From Candidatus Nanopelagicales bacterium (GTDB lineage Bacteria; Actinomycetota; Actinomycetes; S36-B12; UBA5976), in contig JAGYJD010000005.1 of assembly GCA_018402365.1 (NCBI GenBank), forward strand, positions 11,123 through 75,122: a DNA stretch of 64,000 bases. Reading direction: 5' to 3'. The notes beneath the pieces were generated by a model that had not been told where the DNA came from, did no database searches, and worked only from the letters and a program-made list of their open reading frames with translations. The stretch's first letter is position 1. Each line of letters starts with the position of its first letter. A program made the translations under genes and the position numbers. Below are positions 20,610 through 30,984 of this stretch, one piece after another.

Positions 20610-21490
20610 TTGACACCTAGCCTACGGGTTTGCTCGAACAAATCTCTATCTTGCGCGTTTAACCAGGTAATTTTCTGGTCTCTTCTGAACCAAGACAATT
20701 GGCGACGGGCAAATTTGCGGGTGGCCAAAGCGGTATCAGCTTTTGCTTGAGCTAAATCAATTTTGCCCGACAAGTACTCAAGTACTTGCGAAACCCCCAG
20801 CGCCTTTTTGGCGGTCACTCCTAATTCAGCTTGCACGGCTTGGACTTCTGCCACAATCCCGCGCTCAAACATTCTCTCGACTCGTAAATCAATTCTTTGA
20901 TCTAAAACATCCCGCGCTAAATCTAAACCAATTCTCACATCTTTAAATATTGCTTCAGCGTTTGGTAAGGCAGCACTGTAAGGCTTGCCAGTTATTTCGA
21001 TAACCTCTAAAGCTCTAATAACTCGTCGTAAGTTGCCTGGCAAAATCTTTTCAGTGGCTTTTGGATCTTTTCGTTTTAATTCTGCATATAGATCTTCACC
21101 TTGATCGGCTCGGGCTTGTAGGGCATCTCTAACTTGTTTATCTACCTCTTGAAAGCTCAAGTCGTCAATCACTGACGTGACATATAAACCCGATCCCCCA
21201 ACCAAAATCGGATACTTATCGCGACTTAAAACGTCTTTAATGGCGCTACGTGCCAATTCTTGAAATTCTGCCACCGTGGCTTCTTTACCAACTGAATAAA
21301 TATCTAATAGATGATGGGGAACGCCTTTTTGCTCACTATGGCTTAATTTCGCAGTTGCAATATCTAAACCTCGATAGAGCTGCATCGCATCTGCGTTAAT
21401 TATTTCGCCAGCTAATTCTAAAGCCAGCTCAATTGCTAAATCACTTTTACCAACTGCGGTAGGACCAATTATTACGATTAGATTCTTCAC
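20606..21490 (-). CDS. miaA: tRNA dimethylallyltransferase
   Basis: [16 protein letters not shown] and ARRQLSWF motifs. Confidence 0.96.
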   Translation of the reverse strand: MKNLIVIIGPTAVGKSDLAIELALELAGEIINADAMQLYRGLDIATAKLSHSEQKGVPHHLLDIYSVGKEATVAEFQELARSAIKDVLSRDKYPILVGGSGLYVTSVIDDLSFQEVDKQVRDALQARADQGEDLYAELKRKDPKATEKILPGNLRRVIRALEVIEITGKPYSAALPNAEAIFKDVRIGLDLARDVLDQRIDLRVERMFERGIVAEVQAVQAELGVTAKKALGVSQVLEYLSGKIDLAQAKADTALATRKFARRQLSWFRRDQKITWLNAQDRDLFEQTRRLGVK

Positions 21491-22920
21491 GAGCTTTTAA
21501 TTAAAACCGGCATCCCTAAAGAAACTGCATTGCCTTTATCAGTTTGTCTGACTTCCCATAAATCCCCCGCCTTGCTGCGTCTAACTTCGCAACCAGCATC
21601 AGCTACCAAGTGATAAGGCGCAGCATAGGTAATTTCGGTTGTTACAAAATCCCCGGGTCTTATTTTTTGACTTTCTTCATAAGCAAAATGCACCAAGCGA
21701 TTTTCTGGCGTTCTACCGGAAAGACGATGTGTTTCGCTATCTTTTTTGCCTTCTCGCGGAGCTACTAATACTTCTACCTTTTTGCCTACTTGCTTTTTAC
21801 TTTCTTGCCAAGCAATCTCGTTCACAACTTTTAATAGCTTTTCAAATCTCACTTGTACTAATTCTGGTGGAATTTGATCTGGTAATTCAGCAGCAGGTGT
21901 TCCGGGTCTTTTTGAATATTGAAAGGTGTAAGCCATAGCAAATCTAGCTTTTTGGACAACATCAATTGTTTCTGCTAGATCTTCATCATTCTCACCCGGA
22001 AATCCAACAATGATGTCGGTAGTAATGGCCGCATTTGGGATGTGATGTCTTACTTGATCAATAATTTCAAGATAGCGCTCTTTACGATATGAACGGCGCA
22101 TCGCTTTTAGAATTCGATCTGAACCCGATTGCAAAGGCATATGTAATTGCGGCACCACATTTGCAGTTTCTTTCATTGCTAAAATAACTTCTTCAGTGAA
22201 ATCCCTTGGGTGCGGTGAGGTAAATCGAACTCGCTCTAACCCTTCAATCTCGCCGCAAGCCCGCAGTAAATCAGCAAAAGCTTCTTTCTCACCAAACTCA
22301 ACCCCATATGAATTAACATTTTGCCCAAGCAGCGTCACCTCAACTACCCCGTCGTCAACTAAAGCTTTAATCTCATCCAAGATCTCGCCAGCCCGGCGGT
22401 CTTTCTCTTTTCCACGCAAGGCGGGAACAATGCAGAAAGTGCAAGAGTTGTTACACCCCACACTGATTGATACCCAAGCCGAATATGAAGACTCTCTTTT
22501 ACTTGGCAAATCAGAAGGGAAAACTTCTAAACTTTCTAAAATCTCAATCTGCGCTTCTTTTTGACTTTTAGCTCTTGCTAATAAAACAGGCAGGGCATTC
22601 ACATTGTGAGTTCCAAAAACCACATCTACCCAGGGAGCCCGTCTTAAAATTTCACCACGGTCTTTTTGAGCTAAACAACCACCAACTGCGATCTGTAGAT
22701 CCGGATTTTTTTCTTTTTCTTGCACCAGCATTCCCAAGGTGCCGTAAAGTTTTTGGTCTGCGTTTTCTCTAACCGCACAAGTATTTAAAACCACAACATC
22801 AGCCGAATCGCCTGTAGCCTGGACAAATCCAGCGTCCTCTAATAAGCCACTTAGCCGCTCAGAGTCGTGGGCATTCATCTGGCAGCCAAAAGTCGTTACG
22901 CGGTAGGTACCTTTATTCAT
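21487..22920 (-). CDS. miaB: tRNA methylthiotransferase MiaB
   Basis: [22 protein letters not shown] and a TRAM domain. Confidence 0.96.
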   Translation of the reverse strand: MNKGTYRVTTFGCQMNAHDSERLSGLLEDAGFVQATGDSADVVVLNTCAVRENADQKLYGTLGMLVQEKEKNPDLQIAVGGCLAQKDRGEILRRAPWVDVVFGTHNVNALPVLLARAKSQKEAQIEILESLEVFPSDLPSKRESSYSAWVSISVGCNNSCTFCIVPALRGKEKDRRAGEILDEIKALVDDGVVEVTLLGQNVNSYGVEFGEKEAFADLLRACGEIEGLERVRFTSPHPRDFTEEVILAMKETANVVPQLHMPLQSGSDRILKAMRRSYRKERYLEIIDQVRHHIPNAAITTDIIVGFPGENDEDLAETIDVVQKARFAMAYTFQYSKRPGTPAAELPDQIPPELVQVRFEKLLKVVNEIAWQESKKQVGKKVEVLVAPREGKKDSETHRLSGRTPENRLVHFAYEESQKIRPGDFVTTEITYAAPYHLVADAGCEVRRSKAGDLWEVRQTDKGNAVSLGMPVLIKSS

Positions 22921-22993
22921 TAGGTTCCTAGATTACGGCCTAGTTGAATTGTTCGCTTAAACCCTCCTAGAAGAGGAATTCATTTATCGATAA

Positions 22994-24085
22994 CTACTTT
23001 TTTCGTTCCACAGTTTGATTAATCTGTACCGTCTTTTCGCTAGGAGTGGTTAATGAAACGTTCACTTCACACATTTCACCTTTTTTAACCAACACCCGGC
23101 GCCCTTTAACCCGGCAACTCTCTGGATTAGCGGTAGCAATTGAGAGCGAGTAATTTTTTGGCGCTTTAGGTAAAAGTACTCTTCGCTTGGTCATTTCATC
23201 AGGGATTCGATTGGCTACCTTCATGGCAAAGTTATTGACTTTGCGTTTCTCTCTGCCTGCAATCTCTAAGTCTGATATTTGAGTTTTCAATTCACTCAAC
23301 ATTGCAGAAGTTGTTATAGCAACTGGTAAGTAAGAACACACTTGACCAGACTGACCCGCCAACGCCCAATCAGTACAAACTTGCTTGCCGGGATTTTGTT
23401 CGGCAATTCTGCGGGCACGGTTTCTAGCTAATTCTTCGCCAGCCATATTTGCCGCCCATTGATCAAGCAAAGCGGCTCGCTCTGTAGGTGAGTAATCAAA
23501 AGTTTGATTATTTACCCCATAGCGCAAAACTGCATACTGTGGATCAGCTTCTAGTTCTGCGCGAACACTTTGATAAACAGAACTTGTGCGATCCGTCTCA
23601 ACTACGCTGCTGGTCTGCAAAGGAACGATGGTACAAACCCCACCACTACCAGAGCCTGAGTATTGCGAGGAGTAACTCCAATTTCGGCAAACTTGCACAC
23701 CTGGATTTCTAGCTGCTTCTGCTTCTGCTTCTCTTTGCGCATTTTCTTGTAAGCTCTGAATATTATTTTGCTCTTGCCTATAATCTTCAATGGCAGTGCC
23801 AACGTCTAAAGTGCCACCTGAATCTCTATATTCTTGATGAATATCACCACCAATTAAATAAACATCCCAATCTTGTTGTCTAACGCATTTAATTCTGTAG
23901 TACCTGGTCCCGTCAGGATTGTTACCAGATTCACCTGTTCTGACCGGGTGAGAGCTAGGGCAGGTTGCATTAGCGTCGTCGTAGGTGATTGTGTCGCCGC
24001 CATAATTCGGATCTGACGCAACCGCTCCAGTGCTCACAGAAAGACTTGTAAGAATTAAAACCAAACTAAAGAAAAATCTTTTCAT
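22994..24085 (-). CDS. hypothetical secreted protein with a duplicated NPGxQVCxxW repeat
   Basis: Signal peptide MKRFFFSLVLILTSLSVSTGAVA, internal repeat, RBS GGGGG. Confidence 0.7.
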   Translation of the reverse strand: MKRFFFSLVLILTSLSVSTGAVASDPNYGGDTITYDDANATCPSSHPVRTGESGNNPDGTRYYRIKCVRQQDWDVYLIGGDIHQEYRDSGGTLDVGTAIEDYRQEQNNIQSLQENAQREAEAEAARNPGVQVCRNWSYSSQYSGSGSGGVCTIVPLQTSSVVETDRTSSVYQSVRAELEADPQYAVLRYGVNNQTFDYSPTERAALLDQWAANMAGEELARNRARRIAEQNPGKQVCTDWALAGQSGQVCSYLPVAITTSAMLSELKTQISDLEIAGREKRKVNNFAMKVANRIPDEMTKRRVLLPKAPKNYSLSIATANPESCRVKGRRVLVKKGEMCEVNVSLTTPSEKTVQINQTVERKK

Positions 24086-24109
24086 TTACTACCCCCAGTT
24101 TCTATTTCT

Positions 24110-24132
24110 AACCTAACAGTGGCCGGTGACAA
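24110..24132 (-). promoter_or_regulatory. RecA-NDp/PafBC-like promoter
   Basis: TTGTCAC-CGGCCACTGT-TAGGTT fits TGTCR(n)-N10-TAnnnT. Confidence 0.55.
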
Positions 24133-24141
24133 ATTTTGGGG

Positions 24142-24711
24142 CTAGTTTTCAAAAACCACTGCATCTGGCATATCGGATACGATTTCTTTAGCTACCCGAT
24201 AACAAAGGTTTGAGGCGTAACCTTTTCTTGCTAAAAACCCCACCAGACGTCGAATTTGTGTATCGCGATCTTCTCTTTGTAAGGCACGATACTTTTTTTG
24301 GGCCAATGCTTTAGCTGACTCATATTCCTCTTCAGCGCTGATTTCAGATAAAGCTGCCTGAGCCGTATCGTCTGAAACGCCCTTTTGTCGCAACTCTTGC
24401 TTTAAAACCCCACCCGCTAGGCCTTTAGAGCGATGGCGGGTTGAAACCCATGTTTTTGCAAAGTCATCATCATTTATTAGACCCACTTCTTCTAAGCGGT
24501 CTAATGCGTCTTTGGCAATATCGTCTGAAAAAGACTTTTCACGCAGTTCTTTGGCTAATTCGCTTCTGGTGCGGGCACGCGAATTAAGCCTTCTTAATAG
24601 AAAGTCTTTTGCTGCTTGAGTTTGCTCAAGTCGCACTTGCTCAGCATTTTCTTCATTGACTAATTGCAAATGGCGCCCAAAAGCTTGAGCGCCACTGTTT
24701 TGATCTGTCAT
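24142..24711 (-). CDS. recX: recombination regulator RecX
   Basis: RTRSEL, ELRQKGV and FLARKGY motifs. Directly downstream of recA. Confidence 0.93.
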   Translation of the reverse strand: MTDQNSGAQAFGRHLQLVNEENAEQVRLEQTQAAKDFLLRRLNSRARTRSELAKELREKSFSDDIAKDALDRLEEVGLINDDDFAKTWVSTRHRSKGLAGGVLKQELRQKGVSDDTAQAALSEISAEEEYESAKALAQKKYRALQREDRDTQIRRLVGFLARKGYASNLCYRVAKEIVSDMPDAVVFEN

Positions 24712-25748
24712 TATTCAGCTTTAGCTATAGGAACCACTTCTGCTTCTGGCTGTTCACCTAAACCCTTATTGACTTTAATCTTTTCTTCGATTTCGTTCGC
24801 CATTTCTGGGTTATCTTTTAAGAAGCTACGAGCATTCTCTTTACCTTGGCCAAGCTGATCGCCGTCGTAGGTATACCAAGAGCCACTCTTTTTAACGATC
24901 TCACACTCAACACCCATGTCGATCAAAGAACCTTCGCGTGAGATTCCCTCACCAAAAATGATGTCGAATTCTGCTTGCTTGAAAGGTGGTGCCACTTTGT
25001 TTTTAACAACCTTGACTCTAGTTCTGTTACCAACAGCGTCGGTACCATCTTTTAAGGTCTCTATGCGTCGAATGTCTAAGCGAACTGAAGCATAAAACTT
25101 CAATGCCTTACCACCAGTGGTTGTTTCTGGAGATCCGAACATCACACCAATTTTGTCACGAAGTTGGTTAATAAAAATTGCGGTGGTATTGGTGCCGCTA
25201 ATCGCACCAGTCATCTTGCGAAGGGCCTGGCTCATCAAACGAGCTTGCAAGCCCATATGACTATCACCCATTTCGCCTTCGATTTCTGCTCTTGGAGTTA
25301 AAGCTGCCACTGAGTCGATAACTAAAATGGTTAAAGCCCCTGAGCGAACTAACATGTCTGCAATTTCTAAAGCTTGCTCACCAGTATCTGGTTGACTGAC
25401 TAATAATGCATCAATGTCTACACCTAAAGCTTTTGCATATTCAGGATCAAATGCATGCTCAGCATCAATGAAGGCTGCGATTCCGCCAGCTTTTTGTGCT
25501 GAAGCGATTGCATGCAAAGCAACAGTAGTTTTACCTGATGATTCAGGACCATAAATTTCTACAACGCGACCTCTTGGCAAGCCGCCAATTCCAAGTGCAA
25601 TATCTAATGCAACAGAACCGGTTGGGATAACTTCTACTGCAACGCGCTCCTCGGCGCCCATCCGCATTACTGAGCCTTTACCGAACTGACGCTCAATCTG
25701 TGACAATGCCGCGTCTAATGCCTTATCACGATCATTTGCTGCTGCCAT
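24711..25748 (-). CDS. recA: recombinase A (no intein)
   Basis: [20 protein letters not shown] and GGKALKFY motifs. Confidence 0.99.
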   Translation of the reverse strand: MAAANDRDKALDAALSQIERQFGKGSVMRMGAEERVAVEVIPTGSVALDIALGIGGLPRGRVVEIYGPESSGKTTVALHAIASAQKAGGIAAFIDAEHAFDPEYAKALGVDIDALLVSQPDTGEQALEIADMLVRSGALTILVIDSVAALTPRAEIEGEMGDSHMGLQARLMSQALRKMTGAISGTNTTAIFINQLRDKIGVMFGSPETTTGGKALKFYASVRLDIRRIETLKDGTDAVGNRTRVKVVKNKVAPPFKQAEFDIIFGEGISREGSLIDMGVECEIVKKSGSWYTYDGDQLGQGKENARSFLKDNPEMANEIEEKIKVNKGLGEQPEAEVVPIAKAE

Positions 25749-25793
25749 TTTTATGACCCTCTCTTTGGGCTTGTATTTTTATCGGACCTCATT

Positions 25794-25815
25794 ACAGTAA
25801 GTCTTAGGACCGACA
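25794..25815 (-). promoter_or_regulatory. RecA-NDp (PafBC-dependent) promoter of recA
   Basis: TGTCGG-TCCTAAGACT-TACTGT is an exact TGTCGG-N10-TAnnnT. Confidence 0.85.
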
Positions 25816-25867
25816 AATCCCCCAGCCGAAAAAAATCTGTGGACTAACCTTCGAGGTCCAAGATAGT

Positions 25868-25883
25868 CCGAACACCTGTTCGA
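25868..25883. promoter_or_regulatory. LexA (SOS) box
   Basis: CCGAAC-ACCT-GTTCGA, one mismatch to the actinobacterial TCGAAC-N4-GTTCGA, upstream of recA. Confidence 0.88.
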
Positions 25884-25907
25884 ATCAATTCAGACACGCC
25901 GGTTGAA

Positions 25908-26171
25908 TCAGAGATTGCGATAAACGTCCCTTCTAAATCCCACTCTGAGCACTTCGATGATGAGCTGGTCTTGAAAAATCTGATAAATAATTCGATAGTC
26001 GCCTATTCGAACTCGATAGTGGTTTGATAAACCCTTTACCTTTCTAACTTTTGGCGGAAAGGGATTTTCTCTTAGTAGCTCTATCGCTATGTAGATTCTA
26101 AGTCGGTCTTTAGGCGGTACCCGCGCAAGAAATTTTGCGGCTAGTTTGCGTATTTTTACCTGATATAGCAT
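25908..26171 (-). CDS. type II toxin, RelE/ParE family
   Basis: Basic 87-aa protein with KVKG...YRVRIGDYRIIY...VG.RRDVY. Confidence 0.9.
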   Translation of the reverse strand: MLYQVKIRKLAAKFLARVPPKDRLRIYIAIELLRENPFPPKVRKVKGLSNHYRVRIGDYRIIYQIFQDQLIIEVLRVGFRRDVYRNL

Positions 26172-26185
26172 TCGGATTAAGCCCC

Positions 26186-26446
26186 CTACGGCTTTGTAGG
26201 TAGTCCGAGCTCAGCCTTTACCTCGTCCCAATCAACAGACTCTTCATCCTCACTAATTTGTGATATTTCTTCTAGATCCATCAAATCTTCTGCTGACTCC
26301 ATTAACTCATTGAAAATCTCTGGATCAACCAAAACTGCAACAACCTTTCCCCTGCGGGTCACAAAAACAGGTTCTTTCGAAAGTCGCGCACCATCAATTA
26401 AATCTGCAATGTTTTCTCTGAATTGACTTACTGCCATAATCGTCAT
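26186..26446 (-). CDS. type II antitoxin, Phd/YefM family
   Basis: SQFREN...EPVFVTRRGKVVAVLV and an acidic C-terminus. Probable leaderless start ATG 26446 (TACAAT 6 nt upstream). Confidence 0.88.
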   Translation of the reverse strand: MTIMAVSQFRENIADLIDGARLSKEPVFVTRRGKVVAVLVDPEIFNELMESAEDLMDLEEISQISEDEESVDWDEVKAELGLPTKP

Positions 26447-26473
26447 GTACAAATTGTACATATTATTTGTACA
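26445..26473. promoter_or_regulatory. TA autoregulatory operator with three TGTACA cores
   Basis: Palindrome ATGTACAA-A-TTGTACAT at 26445-26461 plus TGTACA at 26468-26473. TGTACA is the YefM/Axe operator core. Confidence 0.8.
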
Positions 26474-26481
26474 ATTAGCAA

Positions 26482-26676
26482 CTACCGAACCTCAGGCCCC
26501 CAGCCTTGGTTTTTGACCACCGCTTCCCAGATGGTCTTGGTTTCATAACCCAACTCAATCGCCTCAACCACGCTCACCCCACCGAGCTCAGGCAGGACGT
26601 AATCTCTCGCCCAACTTCGAGCGTAGCTAGCTCCGAATTGAAACTCCATTCGGTTCCAGAACTCAGTTAATCGCAT
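26482..26676 (-). CDS. DUF3046 family protein
   Basis: MRLTEFW.RM...FG..YA.S.A.D.VL..LGG. Usual upstream neighbour of recA in Actinobacteria. Confidence 0.88.
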   Translation of the reverse strand: MRLTEFWNRMEFQFGASYARSWARDYVLPELGGVSVVEAIELGYETKTIWEAVVKNQGWGPEVR

Positions 26677-26697
26677 AAGGCAATAATGTAATAGCCC

Positions 26698-27783
26698 ATG
26701 GAACTTTACCCAGCCACGCTGTTGGCGCGTTGGATTTTAGGCTGGTTTATTTGGCGCCCCTTTAAGGTAATCAAGCTACAAAAACCCCGTTCCATGCCTA
26801 GCATTTCGGTAATCATCCCCGCTCGCAATGAGGCCAAAAATATTGCAAAAGTTCTCACTTCTTTAACTACTCAAACTTACAAAAATTTTGAAACCTTGGT
26901 GGTGGACGATCACTCGCAAGATGGCACCAAAGATATTGCAGAAAACCTAAACTTTCGCGTTTTACAAAGCGAAGCGCTACCACTTGATTGGACCGGTAAA
27001 TCCTTTGCGCTATGGCAAGGTGTGAAGGCGACAAATTCTGATCTACTTTTATTTTTAGATGCAGACTGCCACCTAGCGCCTAACTTGATTGAAAGCCTCT
27101 TAGCTGAATATGAAAAAACCCAAGGCATTGTTTCTTTGCAGCCGTATCACAAAACCCAAAAAGCTTACGAAAATCTCTCTGCTGTTTTTAACTTAATAGG
27201 CGCACTTGGTGCCAAATTAGGTAAGGACCAAGGCCAAGCGTTTGGTCCGTGCTTAATGATTTCTCGAGAAGATTACCTAACAATTGGCACCCACGAGGCT
27301 GTCAAAGAACAAGTATTAGAAGACCGAGCTTTAGGTCAATCTGCCATCGCTCACTCCTTAAAGGTAAGAGCGCTGGCTGGGGGCGAATTAATTTCATTCA
27401 GAATGTATCCAGATGGTGTTAAAGCACTCTCGCAAGGCTTTACTAAAAATATGGCGCAAGGATCGGTGGGCTTAGGTTTTTGGCCCTTTGTTTTACTCTT
27501 TGCCTGGTTCAGCGGCTTAGCCGCGGCGGCGTGGGAGCTACCTTTTGCCTTTTTGGCGTGGCCCTTTACTGGGCAGGCCCCCAGTCTTTATCAATATGTG
27601 TTAACGATTGGCTTTGGTTTGCAGTTTTACATAATGACATGGCGCTTAGGTAATTTTGGTTGGGCGATTTTTTGGTACCCGCTACAAGTAGCCTTCTTTT
27701 TAATTATCTTTTTCACATCAGTTTTTAAAACTGCTAATGGCAAGGTGGTCTGGAAGGGCCGCGAGATCGCGAGCAACAAGTGA
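26698..27783 (+). CDS. GT2 glycosyltransferase, CrtQ-like (carotenoid glycosyltransferase)
   Basis: IIPARNE, VDDHS.D, WTGK, FLDAD, FGPC, FRMYP and C-terminal WKGR. Coupled to a CrtO-like gene. Confidence 0.75.
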   Translation: MELYPATLLARWILGWFIWRPFKVIKLQKPRSMPSISVIIPARNEAKNIAKVLTSLTTQTYKNFETLVVDDHSQDGTKDIAENLNFRVLQSEALPLDWTGKSFALWQGVKATNSDLLLFLDADCHLAPNLIESLLAEYEKTQGIVSLQPYHKTQKAYENLSAVFNLIGALGAKLGKDQGQAFGPCLMISREDYLTIGTHEAVKEQVLEDRALGQSAIAHSLKVRALAGGELISFRMYPDGVKALSQGFTKNMAQGSVGLGFWPFVLLFAWFSGLAAAAWELPFAFLAWPFTGQAPSLYQYVLTIGFGLQFYIMTWRLGNFGWAIFWYPLQVAFFLIIFFTSVFKTANGKVVWKGREIASNK

Positions 27784-28244
27784 TTTACCCTGCCTGGTTT
27801 TATATTTTTGCCAATGCTTCGATTTGGGTGAGCTGGTCGATTTTGGTGGGTTACGCCGCTAATTTCTTACCTGAAAAATACTTCGAAAAAGACACCCTGA
27901 TAACTCGGCTGCGAAAATTCGAAACACAAGTGTGGTTTCAAAAATATCTAAAGGTGCACATTTCAAAAAAATACCTGCCTGAAAAGGGTGTTATTTTTGG
28001 TAAAGGTACTTCTAAAAAATCTTTGCCACTAGCTGAGCCCGCAGCTTTAAAAAGACTTTTAATCGAAACTCGTCGCGCCGAGTACGTTCACTGGATTGTG
28101 GTATTTGCCTGGGTCTTTACCCTTTGGTTTAACCCACCTTGGGCAGTATGGACGGTTGCCACATTGCTGATTTTTGGAAACCTGCCCTGCATCTTGGTGC
28201 AGCGTTACAACAGGCTGAGACTTTTAAGAATCTTAAAAAACTAA
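27780..28244 (+). CDS. CrtO-like glycosyl-carotenoid acyltransferase
   Basis: ETRRAEYVHW and NLPCILVQRYNRLRL resemble staphyloxanthin-pathway CrtO motifs. Confidence 0.75.
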   Translation: MIYPAWFYIFANASIWVSWSILVGYAANFLPEKYFEKDTLITRLRKFETQVWFQKYLKVHISKKYLPEKGVIFGKGTSKKSLPLAEPAALKRLLIETRRAEYVHWIVVFAWVFTLWFNPPWAVWTVATLLIFGNLPCILVQRYNRLRLLRILKN

Positions 28245-28245
28245 C

Positions 28246-28539
28246 TTAAGCCGCGCGTTCTTGATTTTTAACTGGCAGTTTGACAACCACAGTTTGGCTA
28301 GCGCTTTCTAATTTGGCCATGGCAACACCAGCATTGATCACAACTTCGCTCAAAGGGGCATTCAGGGCATTAGTGATAGCTCGCAATACTTCGCTCGATA
28401 CTTCTTTTTGTCCCCGCTCAATCTCGCTCAAAAACCCTAGCGATACCTTGGCTTTGGCGCTGAGCGCACGCAAAGATAAGCCCTGCTCATTGCGGCGGGC
28501 TTTTAACTCTGTACCTAAGGCCTTACGTAGCGTTGACAA
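28246..28539 (-). CDS. clgR: XRE-family regulator ClgR
   Basis: VSLGFLSEIERGQKEVSSE, in the conserved pgsA-cinA-clgR position. Confidence 0.82.
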   Translation of the reverse strand: MSTLRKALGTELKARRNEQGLSLRALSAKAKVSLGFLSEIERGQKEVSSEVLRAITNALNAPLSEVVINAGVAMAKLESASQTVVVKLPVKNQERAA

Positions 28540-28584
28540 AACGTCCTTTCGATTCTCACGTTAGTTTACTCTATCTAGTGCGAA

Positions 28585-29052
28585 TTACACCTCAAGCAGT
28601 TTTTCGCGGGCAAACTCCAACGCAATCCCGCAGCTAGCTTGCCGGATTTGCTCACGCGTGCCTGAAAAATGAAAGTTTCTACTCCATGTTTCACCCTGCA
28701 CCCACAGGCCAATAAAGACCAAGCCGACAGGTTTTCCATCCACGCTGGTGGGCCCCGCTATCCCAGTGGTTGAAATCGCTACCTGCGCATCTAGTTTTTG
28801 CGCCACCCCCGCTGCCATTTCGATCGCAGTTTCTTCACTCACCGCACCAAATTCTGCCAGGGTTTTTTCTCTCACTCCTAAAAGTTCTGCCTTGATGTCA
28901 TTTTGATAAGCGAATACCCCGCCTCTTAAAACTTGTGAAACGCCAGCGATTTCGGCCAATTTACTCGTTATTAATCCGGCTGTTAATGATTCAGCAATCG
29001 CAATATTTAACTTCTTTTCAATAAGTATCTCGACTAGTTCGCGCGCACTCAA
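28585..29052 (-). CDS. cinA: CinA C-terminal domain / NMN amidohydrolase (PncC)
   Basis: AESLTAG, GAVS and TTGIAGP motifs. Confidence 0.9.
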   Translation of the reverse strand: MSARELVEILIEKKLNIAIAESLTAGLITSKLAEIAGVSQVLRGGVFAYQNDIKAELLGVREKTLAEFGAVSEETAIEMAAGVAQKLDAQVAISTTGIAGPTSVDGKPVGLVFIGLWVQGETWSRNFHFSGTREQIRQASCGIALEFAREKLLEV

Positions 29053-29600
29053 TTTGTAGATTCCCGGCTTAACCCAGCCACTTTGATTACATAATCAATA
29101 CCAGTCACAACTGTTAAGGCGACCGCTAAGGCCATCGATACTGGCGCTATGAAAGCGATTAAGTCAGGCAAAGGCAAAATGAATGCGGTAATAGCAACAA
29201 TTTGCACAATTGTTTTTAACTTTCCACCGCGACTAGCTGCAATCACTTTCTTGCGAATTACCCAAAAACGTAAAAGTGTAATAAAGACTTCGCGGCCCAA
29301 GATCACCCAAACGATCCAAGCCGGGATTAATCCGTGATAGGCCAAGGCAACTAACCCGACACCGATTAATGCCTTATCTGCAATCGGGTCGGCAATTTTT
29401 CCAAAATCAGATTCGATCTTCCACGCTCGGGCAATCGCACCATCTGCAATGTCAGTTAAAAATGCTAGGACAAAAATTACGGCGGTAATAATTCGATTGG
29501 TTGGGTCCATCGCATTTTCACCAAACAGCAAAACCAGTAGCACCGGCACCGAGACGATTCTGAGCAAGGTCAGAATGTTGGGGACTTGATTGGTCATCAC
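29049..29600 (-). CDS. pgsA: CDP-diacylglycerol--glycerol-3-phosphate phosphatidyltransferase
   Basis: PNILTLLR, D..DG..AR...FGK..DP..DK and GKLKT motifs. Confidence 0.92.
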   Translation of the reverse strand: MMTNQVPNILTLLRIVSVPVLLVLLFGENAMDPTNRIITAVIFVLAFLTDIADGAIARAWKIESDFGKIADPIADKALIGVGLVALAYHGLIPAWIVWVILGREVFITLLRFWVIRKKVIAASRGGKLKTIVQIVAITAFILPLPDLIAFIAPVSMALAVALTVVTGIDYVIKVAGLSRESTN

Positions 29601-30949
29601 AACTCCTCCCCTATCAAATCGGCACCTAGATTGCTAGTAACAGAAATATTAACCAATTGTCCAACTTTATATTTACCCATAGGCAAGTGAGTTGTTCCAT
29701 CAACATCCGGCCCTTGGTGGCGGGAGCGCCCAAAATACTGACCGTCCTCTAGCCCCTCAATTAAGACCTGAGTTTGCTCGCCCACCCTTGAAGCTGCCCT
29801 TTGGTCTATCAGCTCTTCAGCCAAGAATTTGAGCTCATTGAACCGTTGCCGCTTTTCGCCGCTTGAAATCTGACCCTCATAATCAAAAGCAGCCGTGTTG
29901 TCCTCGTTGGCATATTCAAAAATTCCGATTGAATCAAGATCTGCTAACTCAATGAAGCTCATCAACTCTTCAAATTCACTTTCGCTCTCTTGCACAAATC
30001 CAACAATGAAATTGCTGCGAATACCGGCCGCCGGATTTGCCGTGCGAATCTCGCTAATCATCGAGAGAAATTCATCTTTTGACCCAAAGCGCTTCATCCG
30101 CCGCAGCAGTGAATTTGAGGCATGCTGAAACGAGAGGTCAAAATATGGCACCACTTTTTCGGTTTCTAAAATGCTTTTAGTCAAACTAGGCCGCATCTCA
30201 GCTGGTTGCAAGTAAGAGAGCCGAATCCAATCTAAGCCGTTGATTTTTGCTAACTCTTCAATGAGTTTTTCAAGAGAGCGCAAATCCCCCAAGTCTTTGC
30301 CATAACTCGTCGTGTTCTCAGAAACTAAAAAGACTTCTTTTACGCCTTCACTCGCTAGCCAATGGGCCTCGTCAACTATTTCTTCTATGCTGCGTGAAAT
30401 ATAGGACCCTCTAAAGCGAGGGATCGCGCAAAAAGTGCAACGCCGATCGCAGCCAGAAGCAATCTTCAAAGGACTCGAAGGCCCACTCTCAAGTCGGGTG
30501 CGATGACTAAATTTAGCCGCTTGCTTGCGTTCAACTGGCGTAACCGGCAAGAGCAATCTTCGATCTTGCACCTTAGGTGCAGCTAACTTTTCACCATTTA
30601 AAATCCGCATAACCTTTTGCGCTATATCTGGATAATCATCAAAACCTAAGATTGCATCCGCTTCAGGTAAAGCTTGCTCGAGCTCAGCCCCATAACGCTC
30701 CGCCATGCAACCCACTGCAACTACAGCCTTAACACCACTAGAATTTTTTAATTCACTTGCTTCAAGCAGCGTATCGATGCTGTCTTTTTTAGCTTGCTCT
30801 ATAAACCCACAGGTATTTACTAAAACTGCATCAGCTTTTTCAGGGTCTTTTTCTAAAATTAAACCATCAGCTTTTAATTTAGCCGCTAACTCTTCACTGT
30901 CTACATCATTTCGCGCACAGCCTAAAGAGATAATCGCGACTTTTGTCAT
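29597..30949 (-). CDS. rimO: ribosomal protein S12 methylthiotransferase
   Basis: SLGCARNDVDSE, NTCGFI, CDRRCTFCAIP and PDVDG motifs. Confidence 0.95.
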   Translation of the reverse strand: MTKVAIISLGCARNDVDSEELAAKLKADGLILEKDPEKADAVLVNTCGFIEQAKKDSIDTLLEASELKNSSGVKAVVAVGCMAERYGAELEQALPEADAILGFDDYPDIAQKVMRILNGEKLAAPKVQDRRLLLPVTPVERKQAAKFSHRTRLESGPSSPLKIASGCDRRCTFCAIPRFRGSYISRSIEEIVDEAHWLASEGVKEVFLVSENTTSYGKDLGDLRSLEKLIEELAKINGLDWIRLSYLQPAEMRPSLTKSILETEKVVPYFDLSFQHASNSLLRRMKRFGSKDEFLSMISEIRTANPAAGIRSNFIVGFVQESESEFEELMSFIELADLDSIGIFEYANEDNTAAFDYEGQISSGEKRQRFNELKFLAEELIDQRAASRVGEQTQVLIEGLEDGQYFGRSRHQGPDVDGTTHLPMGKYKVGQLVNISVTSNLGADLIGEEL

Positions 30950-30984
30950 ATCTTGCAGTCTAGGGCAAGGTTAAAATTGCTTTA

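Noticed and set aside
25878..25890. GTTCGAATC resembling a tRNA T-loop
   Set aside because: It is the right arm of the LexA box and no cloverleaf forms.
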